A DNA stretch of 64,000 nucleotides. Origin: a virus (taxonomy: Duplodnaviria; Heunggongvirae; Uroviricota; Caudoviricetes). A program made the position numbers and the translations under genes. Below, one piece after another: positions 54,296 through 64,000 of this stretch; positions within the stretch are counted from its first letter, which is position 1; each line of letters starts with the position of its first letter. Below the pieces are notes generated by a model. The model was not told the DNA's origin and searched no databases. It saw only the letters and a list, made by a program, of their open reading frames with translations. The stretch is taken from positions 83,467-147,466 of IMG/VR virus record IMGVR_UViG_3300010430_000005. One strand, given 5' to 3'.

Positions 54296-55795
54296 TTAAA
54301 ATTCATCAGTGGCTAAGGGAGGCTCTTCTTTCCTCTCTTCTTCCATTTGTTCTTTCATAGTATTTATGTCTTCTTCGCTCATTTTGAGGATTTCTTTGCG
54401 GACCCATTCTTTAGAGAAATATACACCTACATGTTCTTCTATATCTCTAAGCGAATTGATTCTTTCTCTCAACACTTCGGCTTCTTTTAATTCTTCAAAG
54501 AAGTTGTCTTTATTGAAGCGATATCTAAGACGATTCTGTATATGGTCCCAATCCTCTGGCGATATTATACCCTTTAAGATAAGTTGCTTCTCAAGGAGTT
54601 TGTCAAACAGAACAGAGAATTTCGAACGTAAACGCCTAATAAATTTGGCGAATTTAACTTCATCTCTCGAAATTTCGGATGCCCTTCCCAATGAGAACAT
54701 GGCGTCGTTATCTATTCTGGAAGTAGGTACGTTGAGAGACTTATACAATTTTCGCTGAAAGAAAGCGAGATTATCGTTATCGCCAAGTCCCGTACCTGCA
54801 GGCAACGTATCTATTTCTGTACCTCTACTGCCTTCTCTACGCGGAAACCAGAAGTCTTCAGTCATAGTCATCATTTTGCGATCGTCTCTGGTTTCGCCTG
54901 TGGTGACGTCATACACTAATTTGTTCTTGTGACGGACCATCATTTCGTGCAAATATTGCTCAGCGCGAGCTTTAGGTAAGTTACCCACATCTATATAGAA
55001 TACTCTGCGCTCGGGTGCTCGCGTCAATGTATATATGACAGTAGCATCTTCCAACATTCTAAGCTGGTTCAGAGGTTTTATTGCTTTATGTAAATACGAC
55101 AAAATAGCAGTGTTGTTCTCATTCAACACCCCCGACGTAACCCTAGCTATAGAATCTTTAGCTATACGATATCCAGAAACAGACGCAGTTGAACTAGCAA
55201 CAGCATTTTGGAACCCTAGTTCCGAATACATGTAATATTCGTTTTTTAACTTTTTAAGTCTAATTCCCGATTTGTCGAATTCCCTATCGTCGACTTCTCT
55301 GATAAGGCGTATTTTTCTAGGATCTAAATACCTTAACTCTTTGATGCCTTCTCTGGGGTTTTCTTCGTCCACCATGATATGGTAGTTGAGACGACCATCG
55401 ACATACCATTTACTAAATATGTCATATGCGTTATTAGAAAAGTCAAGTAAAGAAAGTATGTTTTGGAACTCTTCCGATATCTTTTCCTTAACTTTATCAG
55501 AGTAGTCTATTTCATCACAAACAACATCAACGACAGTATTGTCTTCACCTACGTTTATAGCGTCGTTGACAATATCTTCTACAGCTATGTTTATTTCTGG
55601 CTCCATAGCCATTTTTCTATATCGCGTAACAAGTTCTGCCTCTGTTGCGGCAGATCCTTCCATGTCGAGCATGGTGCCGTAGGCGCCACCTAACGCGCCC
55701 CCGACAGTAACAGCACCTTCTTCGTTAGTAGGTTCTGCGAAAGACACTAATTCTTTCGCAGACTCTCTTTTTATCTCAAACCCAAAAAGCTTCAT
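54296..55795 (-). CDS. gp20: portal protein
   Basis: WYVDGR, LRYLDPRKI, KP.NQLRMLEDA..IY..RAPERRVFYIDVGNLP, EDFW.PRREG..GTEI.TLP. Confidence 0.97.
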   Translation of the reverse strand: MKLFGFEIKRESAKELVSFAEPTNEEGAVTVGGALGGAYGTMLDMEGSAATEAELVTRYRKMAMEPEINIAVEDIVNDAINVGEDNTVVDVVCDEIDYSDKVKEKISEEFQNILSLLDFSNNAYDIFSKWYVDGRLNYHIMVDEENPREGIKELRYLDPRKIRLIREVDDREFDKSGIRLKKLKNEYYMYSELGFQNAVASSTASVSGYRIAKDSIARVTSGVLNENNTAILSYLHKAIKPLNQLRMLEDATVIYTLTRAPERRVFYIDVGNLPKARAEQYLHEMMVRHKNKLVYDVTTGETRDDRKMMTMTEDFWFPRREGSRGTEIDTLPAGTGLGDNDNLAFFQRKLYKSLNVPTSRIDNDAMFSLGRASEISRDEVKFAKFIRRLRSKFSVLFDKLLEKQLILKGIISPEDWDHIQNRLRYRFNKDNFFEELKEAEVLRERINSLRDIEEHVGVYFSKEWVRKEILKMSEEDINTMKEQMEEERKEEPPLATDEF

Positions 55796-55812
55796 AAATA
55801 TACCTTACCTGT

Positions 55813-56364
55813 TTAGCTAGTAGAAGTGCCGGTTCTTCCGCCAGATACTCTCCAGTAATCATACTGGAATGTTACTGTAAATTCCGATACAGTATCTGTG
55901 GTCTCCCAGTTAAGATCTATGTTGGAAATCTCTGTGGGGAACAACCCATCAAAGGTATATTCTCTTAGAACACCACCGTCTTTAGAATACTGGAAAACTT
56001 GCGCTTGCGACTTGTACTCTGCCGGCGATGCGGTTCCGAATTCTATTAGGTTGCCTTCGTGAGTGTTGATGGCGTTCATCCAAGATTCCATAGCATTTCT
56101 TACTAGGAAATCTTCATCGTTTATTACGGTGATCGTCCAGGGCTCGTCAAAGTTCCTGTCACCTGCTAGCTTTATTTTTCTTCCGAAATAAGGCACCGAT
56201 ATCATACCTGTTGTAGAACTAGGTATAGAAGAAGCCTTAGCCATAAACGGCACTTTCAAGTCTGCAGCAGCGTCTACAGGGTTAGTTATCGAAACTTGGA
56301 AAAGGGACGGCCTAGCGCCCCCTCCTGTTAATGCCGATCTAAATTCGTTTATAGAAAAGCTCAT
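55813..56364 (-). CDS. gp19: tail tube protein
   Basis: GGARP.LF.V, YFGR..K.AGDR.F..WT.T..NDEDF. Confidence 0.95.
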   Translation of the reverse strand: MSFSINEFRSALTGGGARPSLFQVSITNPVDAAADLKVPFMAKASSIPSSTTGMISVPYFGRKIKLAGDRNFDEPWTITVINDEDFLVRNAMESWMNAINTHEGNLIEFGTASPAEYKSQAQVFQYSKDGGVLREYTFDGLFPTEISNIDLNWETTDTVSEFTVTFQYDYWRVSGGRTGTSTS

Positions 56365-56388
56365 TTGTTTACTCCTTTTTAGTATTTA

Positions 56389-58218
56389 TTAAAGGTTTTG
56401 ACCGACGATTTCGTCAAATTGTACGCCGGTTCTTGTAGCAACAAACACTAGATCGATATAATTTATTGAACGAGCAGGCTTGATGAACAAATTAGCTCTA
56501 AATGTGTTAGCATCGACGACGTCTGGCGTGTTTACTGTAGAATCAGATACAACCCTGAAGTCGTATATGCCTCTCTTACCTTGTATGTCTCTCAAGTAAG
56601 GCTCTACCATGTTCTTAAACTGGGACTGAGTGAACTCGTCGTTGAAATCGAACAAGAAGTATTTGGAAGTAGTTGCTATTGCCTTTTCTACAGTTATGAA
56701 CAATCTACGCACATTGATCCTACTAAATGCCGACGATTCGATACCTAACGCAGTCTTGTCGCCAAACAATAGAGTTCCGTGACCAGGCTGGGTTATTACA
56801 GAGTTGACGTTCAAACCATAAAGCTCATCTCTGTGTGCTTTAGGTGGATTATATGCTAGTTTAATAACATTCTTTATCACGCCGCGCTTATAACCAGCAG
56901 GTGACTCCCAAGGCTGTATTCTAGCAGAAGTGCCAGCAATATCGCCATTCATCGGAACCCAACGATACTTGTCGTTGTATTTGTCGTATCTGTATTTGTA
57001 TCCAGAGTCTATAAATGCATATGAAGAAGCGTTTATAGATCCCGCAAATGTCTTAATAGCAGATAGTTTATCGTTAGCTGTGCTAGGAGATACGCTATCA
57101 GTTAAGGCAGGCGAAACAAATACCATGCAGTCTTTTCTTGTCTCGCATATATTGTCTATGATGTAGTTAGCAACGCCCGTGTCGTTAGCACCACCTAGTG
57201 CCTTACCTTGTAGCAAGAACGCAATGTCTACTTCATCGGCATTTTTGTACAAATCATAGCCTTGAGCAATAGCACCGAAAGAAACAACCGTTTCTGTTCT
57301 TTCGCCCTTACCATCTAAACCACCAGTTAAAGACTGGTAGCTGACAGTATCTCCGGATGCATCTACATCGGCGGAACCTGCTGTTATAAACGAAGATCTA
57401 GATTCGATAACGTCTTTGTAATATAAGCTAGTGCCGTCGTCTGCCTTTACAGATGTCGATGTGGATACGTTTTCAAATACCTCCAGGACAGTCCCCGCTT
57501 CTCCAGAAAAACTACCATCTTCGTCGATAACAGCGATGTGGAATCTGTTTGTATCGGGTGCGCTGCTAACAGTTGAGTTATACGCCCACAATCTCTCGAT
57601 GGAAACATCTGCGAAGCTATCGGCAGTTAAGCTGAATCGGTTGTTAGCAGTAACGCTATATGTGGTTGTGTTCACATCAACGACCGTCTCAGATATACCT
57701 TCAACTTTAATGTCTTGATAGCCTATTGTATTATTGCCTATCCTTAAAATATCACCAGCAACGATATCGAAATCAGGGTCGCTAGAGAATTCTAATGATG
57801 TGGATCCAAATGTTATAGAGCCCGTAGCGTTGCCTACAGTAGCTAAGGTTTCCCTGTAAGATGTAGGGCCTGTAACAACCGAAACCATAAGCGAGTTGCC
57901 TATTTCTCCAGGATACAAAGCATCGAATGTACTGTCAGAAACAGAAGCTGTGTTTGCGTCTTCTGCTACTCTTGTAACGTATAGAGCATTAGAGTACGAT
58001 AGGAAATCTGCTGCGGTAAAAAATGTTTCGAAATTAAAGTCGGACGGCTTACCAAACCTTTCGACTAGATTTGTTTCTGACGTTACAAGTGTTCTTTCAC
58101 CAACAGGTCCCCAGTGGAAAACTCCGGCTATGGCTGCAACGGTTGAAGAAACTGTCGGGATAGATGCTGTCGCATCCACCTCACGGACCGTTACGGCCGG
58201 ACTTACTGAAAATGCCAT
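56389..58218 (-). CDS. gp18: tail sheath protein
   Basis: SP.V.VRE.D, G.F.WGP, FTAA.FL.Y, DSGYKY.YDKYND, INVRRLF, KPARSIN. Confidence 0.97.
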   Translation of the reverse strand: MAFSVSPAVTVREVDATASIPTVSSTVAAIAGVFHWGPVGERTLVTSETNLVERFGKPSDFNFETFFTAADFLSYSNALYVTRVAEDANTASVSDSTFDALYPGEIGNSLMVSVVTGPTSYRETLATVGNATGSITFGSTSLEFSSDPDFDIVAGDILRIGNNTIGYQDIKVEGISETVVDVNTTTYSVTANNRFSLTADSFADVSIERLWAYNSTVSSAPDTNRFHIAVIDEDGSFSGEAGTVLEVFENVSTSTSVKADDGTSLYYKDVIESRSSFITAGSADVDASGDTVSYQSLTGGLDGKGERTETVVSFGAIAQGYDLYKNADEVDIAFLLQGKALGGANDTGVANYIIDNICETRKDCMVFVSPALTDSVSPSTANDKLSAIKTFAGSINASSYAFIDSGYKYRYDKYNDKYRWVPMNGDIAGTSARIQPWESPAGYKRGVIKNVIKLAYNPPKAHRDELYGLNVNSVITQPGHGTLLFGDKTALGIESSAFSRINVRRLFITVEKAIATTSKYFLFDFNDEFTQSQFKNMVEPYLRDIQGKRGIYDFRVVSDSTVNTPDVVDANTFRANLFIKPARSINYIDLVFVATRTGVQFDEIVGQNL

Positions 58219-58275
58219 GTTTTTCTCCTTCAAATAATAAGTAGCGTGTTATTCATTCTTATTATTTATAATATT

Positions 58276-59871
<1,596 letters not shown>

Positions 59872-59874
59872 TCA

Positions 59875-60273
59875 TTATTTATCAGTTTCGCCTTTGAGCA
59901 TTTTCAACACATCAGCAGTAGACATAACTAAATTATTATTTGTGACGTTAGTCACAGAATTTGGTTCTGTTTTTGATAAATTATGTTTCTTCATAGAAGT
60001 ATCGACATAATCCTTATTCGCTTTGAGCATAGTTTTCATAAGAGTTGCTAAAACTTCAAATGCCCTCGGGCTTTCGGATTGTTTCGCAAGCAAAGACATT
60101 TCTTCAATCGCGTCTTTGCCTGTTTCCATAACATCTTTTATGTTATTTTTAGCAAGCTGAAGATCTTCTTCTGTGGTTTCGGTAGTCGGCAACACCACAA
60201 CTTCGGTGTCTCTTTTTTCTTCGACCTCAACTAAAGGTCTCATCCCCAAAGCATCATCAATCTCTTTACTCAT
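59875..60273 (-). CDS. gp16: terminase small subunit
   Basis: SESPRAFEV..L.K; NNNL..ST..L; synteny. Confidence 0.85.
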   Translation of the reverse strand: MSKEIDDALGMRPLVEVEEKRDTEVVVLPTTETTEEDLQLAKNNIKDVMETGKDAIEEMSLLAKQSESPRAFEVLATLMKTMLKANKDYVDTSMKKHNLSKTEPNSVTNVTNNNLVMSTADVLKMLKGETDK

Positions 60274-61076
60274 GATTCGTTATCCCCTATATAGGTTATG
60301 AAGCCCCAATCGTCATCTATATCTATGTTTGTCCAATCTATAGAGTCAGATATAGAAGATGTAGGCTCACCATTAGCTGTCAAGCCGGGCCTAGCAACAA
60401 CATTCTCGGTGTATTCTGTGCTGTCCATACTTTCAAATATATGAGTATCTACAAATTTTATGTATTTCTTTTCTTGGACAGGACCAAAGAAACTTGCCTT
60501 CATCGTAAAGTTTAGGGTCCACATGATAGAGCGCCTAGTAACAAAATCGGATTCGTAAACATCCTCAGTAGATACGCTATTCAATATCACGGGCACATCT
60601 ACAGGATTGTACCCACTTATCATTTCTACAGAAGCCGTTAGATCCGGTGAGAAGAAAGGCAATATCTGCTCTATTATCTGGACACCGTCTTCCGCATATT
60701 TTGTCATTATATAAAGACTAAATTCTATATTGTACGGCGTGGGCGAATACAATACATGAGCAGAAGACCCCGAGTATTTCTTATCCACATAATTCAAAGA
60801 AGACAATTTTCTTTGTCCGTCGTAAGACATGCCGGTTATTTCGAAAGACATTCTAGGTAACGTTATGGCAGATTTTTGAGATAACTCTGGGTCTTGTGTT
60901 ATCCTAGCTAAGAATTTCTGGTAAGGGCCGTAAGAAATAGGCACCAGCAATCTTTGTTGTTCAGTCCCTGCGTTATCGTCTCTTATTATCGAAATTTCGT
61001 TAAAAAGAGTACCGAATACAGCTATATATTTCTTTGTGGATTCGTTATAAAAATGAGATGCTATAGGCATTACCAT
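60270..61076 (-). CDS. gp15: tail sheath stabiliser / completion protein
   Basis: FGTLFN.I, VPISYGP.QKFL, LPRMSFE, P.PYN, EQILPFF.P. Confidence 0.93.
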   Translation of the reverse strand: MVMPIASHFYNESTKKYIAVFGTLFNEISIIRDDNAGTEQQRLLVPISYGPYQKFLARITQDPELSQKSAITLPRMSFEITGMSYDGQRKLSSLNYVDKKYSGSSAHVLYSPTPYNIEFSLYIMTKYAEDGVQIIEQILPFFSPDLTASVEMISGYNPVDVPVILNSVSTEDVYESDFVTRRSIMWTLNFTMKASFFGPVQEKKYIKFVDTHIFESMDSTEYTENVVARPGLTANGEPTSSISDSIDWTNIDIDDDWGFITYIGDNES

Positions 61077-61732
61077 TTACCTCCTTCACTAAACGGATTC
61101 GTTTCCGACCAATCCAATATTTCGTCCGCTTCGGTTTGGAGCTCCAAATTATCAGATATAACATCTATATCATCTAATTCTTCTATGGTGGTAGGTGTGC
61201 TAGGATCTATACCATCAAACATTGTGTCTATCTCAGATATTCCTGTTGAGAAGACCTCTCCGGAATATTCCAACAATTCGCACCTTAAATCGTATGTCTG
61301 CAAAGCACCCAACTGGTAGAATATTGCCTCATGCTCGGCGTGCATGATTTTAAATATTTTACCGTTCAAAGGCAAGTAAATCATATCCCCTTCATTGGGT
61401 CTGGCTTGCGCTATATTGGTTCCTATTTCTGTATCGAAAACTTTATTAGCAACGGTTAATGTCATACTGTCCCTAATCTGTAATCCGAATTTAGAAAGAA
61501 AGTCGCCTTCGCCTTCGAAAGAATCCACATTCTTAACATACATTTCTATAAGATACGCAGAATCGAAAGAAGATAGGGAGTCCTCATGTAAGATACTATC
61601 TACCGAATTCAATGTCCTCGGCATATAATAAACATCTATACCGTGGATTCGTATCGACTCTATAATCAGATCTTCGACCAATCCCTGTTCCGAACTAGAA
61701 CCATAATTATTAAAATAAGAATTTTTTGCCAT
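61070..61732 (-). CDS. gp14: neck protein
   Basis: EQ.LVEDL..ESI..G.DVYY.PR, G.GD.LSKFG, P.EGD.IY.P. Confidence 0.93.
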   Translation of the reverse strand: MAKNSYFNNYGSSSEQGLVEDLIIESIRIHGIDVYYMPRTLNSVDSILHEDSLSSFDSAYLIEMYVKNVDSFEGEGDFLSKFGLQIRDSMTLTVANKVFDTEIGTNIAQARPNEGDMIYLPLNGKIFKIMHAEHEAIFYQLGALQTYDLRCELLEYSGEVFSTGISEIDTMFDGIDPSTPTTIEELDDIDVISDNLELQTEADEILDWSETNPFSEGGKW

Positions 61733-61735
61733 GAG

Positions 61736-62053
61736 TTACGCTATCTCATCTATAATCTTTATTTTGATATAACCACCATTAGGGAATGTCTCGATAGTAC
61801 CACCAGGATAAGTCACTTGGAATTCTCCAAGATTTAGACCAGATCTAGACGTATCCCCAGCTACCCAATCATATTTTACGATGCCACTGTTAGCGCTCAA
61901 TATACCCGCGTTAGCATTCACCATAATAGTCCCATCTTCGTGTTTCATATGAAATTCTACAGAAGCTGCGGTTAAATCTATTGCTGTGTTTGATGCATCT
62001 GTTAATGTCGCCCTTATGCTTGGCGATGTGTCATTCTGTTTTATTGTAAACAT
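61736..62053 (-). CDS. BppU N-terminal-like baseplate/fibre adaptor
   Basis: F.IKQNDT.P..LTD....DL..G.V.Y.W...DT..G..EF.VT..G..ETFPN. Confidence 0.75.
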   Translation of the reverse strand: MFTIKQNDTSPSIRATLTDASNTAIDLTAASVEFHMKHEDGTIMVNANAGILSANSGIVKYDWVAGDTSRSGLNLGEFQVTYPGGTIETFPNGGYIKIKIIDEIA

Positions 62054-62074
62054 AAATATCTCCTTTATTGGTAT

Positions 62075-63322
62075 TTATGCGACTTCAAGGAATTCTGACG
62101 CTACACCGGGAGGAGATAACGTATCATTTTCTCCATCGTATAATATGACATGATTGCCGCCAGATATGTATAAATTAGCTCTGTTAGACGAGTCTGCTTC
62201 TATACTAACATACCTAGTCCTGTCTAGGGATAGTGGCCCATAATCAACATCACCCACAACAGGGTTTTGACTCTCGACACCATTCGCGAACAATATGTGG
62301 TTTTGTTCGAGTGTCGAATTAGTTATAGAAACGATACCCGAGTCTACATCATCCATCAATATGATGTGGTTTGAAGTTATCGAAGAAGTGGATACGGCCG
62401 GGTTTTGGGATTCTACGGAATCTAAGAATATTACTTCGCCTACACCAAATACCGCACTACCCACTTGGGTTGCTTGCGTCTCTAATGAATTCGCATATAA
62501 AATATGGTTTGATACTATGTCTACAGTATCTACATGAGTGTCGGTAGCGTCAACATTACCGCCATTTATGTTGTGCGTTTGTTCTAATGTCGGGGAAGTG
62601 ATCGATACATTACCGGCAATGACATCATCACAAGACACAACTCCCGACTGGCCGATAGTTGCTGATTCTACTACAGGGTTGTCTGTATCGACACCAGAAG
62701 AATTAATGTTGTGTATCTGAGAAATATTGTTTTCAGAAACTAGAGTAGCACTCGAAGTTACCGAATTCGCAGTCAGTATATATTCGCTTAGGACAATAAC
62801 ATTATCGACATTCGGTGTTCCGCTTTGGACGCCATCGGCACCTAAAATATGTCTCTGGTCGATAGAAGCCTGGGAAATTGCTGGCGGCGAAGAAGTTACC
62901 TCTTCAGCGTAAATAACGCCTGCTTCGAATATTGTAGCATCGCCAACTAAAGTATTTTCGGTGGCTATGTCTGCACACTGTAAGGTATGGTTTTGCGTTA
63001 TTGTAGAATCGGTCACGACCGGAGATTCGGACGTCACATCACCAATATCTGGCGTGTGGGTTAGAGACACATCAATTGTAGATATATTAGGCGCAGGTGT
63101 CACTACATTGTTGACCGACATAGTATGGGTTTGTACTATCGCCGAAGCGTCGACGGTAGTGACACCAGATGATACGCTATCTACATCGAAAGTGTGTTCT
63201 TGTACTAGACTAAGATTGCCTATTAAAGGTTGACTAGACGTGAAACTTTGCGCCGAGAGTTCTACTAATGTCTCGGCTGAAGACGCTAATGGTGTTGAAG
63301 CTAGGGTCGAAAATCCTAACAT
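62075..63322 (-). CDS. virion fibre-like protein with 14 x 23-aa repeats
   Basis: MLGFS.LA..PLA N-term; period-23 units QxHxLxxxxVxSxxPxV. Confidence 0.75.
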   Translation of the reverse strand: MLGFSTLASTPLASSAETLVELSAQSFTSSQPLIGNLSLVQEHTFDVDSVSSGVTTVDASAIVQTHTMSVNNVVTPAPNISTIDVSLTHTPDIGDVTSESPVVTDSTITQNHTLQCADIATENTLVGDATIFEAGVIYAEEVTSSPPAISQASIDQRHILGADGVQSGTPNVDNVIVLSEYILTANSVTSSATLVSENNISQIHNINSSGVDTDNPVVESATIGQSGVVSCDDVIAGNVSITSPTLEQTHNINGGNVDATDTHVDTVDIVSNHILYANSLETQATQVGSAVFGVGEVIFLDSVESQNPAVSTSSITSNHIILMDDVDSGIVSITNSTLEQNHILFANGVESQNPVVGDVDYGPLSLDRTRYVSIEADSSNRANLYISGGNHVILYDGENDTLSPPGVASEFLEVA

Positions 63323-63396
63323 ATGTGTCCGTTCCCTCTAGTCAGGTACATCCGGGGCGTTTGCTATATACCACAAACGCCCTAGAGTTTATCTAT

Positions 63397-63765
63397 TTAT
63401 GCAGGGTCAGGTATTCCTACGGTAAATGATCCTAACGCGAAACTATTACCGTCTGTGACAGGTTGACTCGCGGTCAATGAACCTGTTACCATTAGAACCG
63501 TGCTGTTAGCAACAGCAAAGAATGCCGCGTTTGCCGATGCAGTCACCGCACCGTTCGCGGCACCTATAGTTAATTCTCTACCTCCGCCCGATCTATCCGA
63601 AGGGCCGGTGAATTGTAGAGTTGTATTAGATGCACCCAATGTTATCGAAGTATTAGATAAATCACCTATAGTGGTGGGTTCTGTGTTGCATATGTATATG
63701 GTGTCCGCATTGTTAGCGATGATATTTAGAGCCCCGTCAAGGACTTCATCTGAAAGCCATGCCAT
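63397..63765 (-). CDS. small virion-associated protein
   Basis: VLD.AL..I....IC..EPT..; late promoter at 63795-63802. Confidence 0.7.
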   Translation of the reverse strand: MAWLSDEVLDGALNIIANNADTIYICNTEPTTIGDLSNTSITLGASNTTLQFTGPSDRSGGGRELTIGAANGAVTASANAAFFAVANSTVLMVTGSLTASQPVTDGNSFALGSFTVGIPDPA

Positions 63766-63865
63766 GTTTTTCTCCTTTCGAAAATCGTTTTATTTATTTA
63801 TAACAAGAGCATTTTCGTGAATTTTAATACATAAATTTAATCCGCCGAATACGATTTTCTATGAT

Positions 63866-64000
63866 TTATAGGTTAATAGAGAAGAATTCTTCAGTTAGGT
63901 TTGCGTCTGCGCTAGTTAAGACTGCTGCTGTATCAGTTAAGATTGCTGCTGTATCAGTTAAGAATGCTGATGTGTTAGTTAAGACTGCCGGTGCATCAGT
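63866..64000 (-). CDS. 3' end of a gene with 7-aa (21-bp) repeats, truncated by the window edge
   Basis: ..LTNTSAF LTDTAAI LTDTAAV LTSADAN LTEEFFSINL*. Confidence 0.6.
   Translation of the reverse strand, partial: TDAPAVLTNTSAFLTDTAAILTDTAAVLTSADANLTEEFFSINL

Overview
This is a 64-kb segment of a large T4-like (gp23/gp20/gp18-type) myovirus genome. The host is most likely an alphaproteobacterium, probably Rhodobacterales, inferred from a GapR/DUF2312 gene and alpha-type NrdR boxes. Bases 1-49.2 kb are densely packed + strand early/middle genes with sigma70-like promoters. They include many small hypothetical ORFs; NAD metabolism (NadR, NadM-Nudix, NAMPT, NADAR, MazG, SLOG); tRNA/translation maintenance (RNA ligase, CCA enzyme, YqeY, two Pth2-like, Rmf-like); and DNA metabolism (ligase, RNase H, PhoH, exonuclease, helicase). 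Bases 49.2-64 kb are the - strand late block gp23-22-21-core-20-19-18-17-16-15-14 plus accessory virion genes with TATAAATA late promoters. The most unusual observations are: (i) small early ORFs that reproduce separate short segments of the phage's own major capsid protein (Gol-like segment, spine helix) and a portal-like motif, which are candidate decoys against capsid-sensing immunity; (ii) a structured leader with compensatory base changes shared by two distant GIY-YIG endonuclease elements; (iii) tandem NrdR boxes in front of non-RNR genes; (iv) a DUF6745-like two-gene module bracketed by two xxQV repeat cassettes; (v) inverted repeats that hide the RBS only in read-through transcripts. 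No tRNA gene, CRISPR array or reverse transcriptase was recognised. About ten single-base frameshifts in accessory genes and one in-frame TAA in gp23 may be sequence errors. All family assignments come from motif recognition by eye, not database searches.
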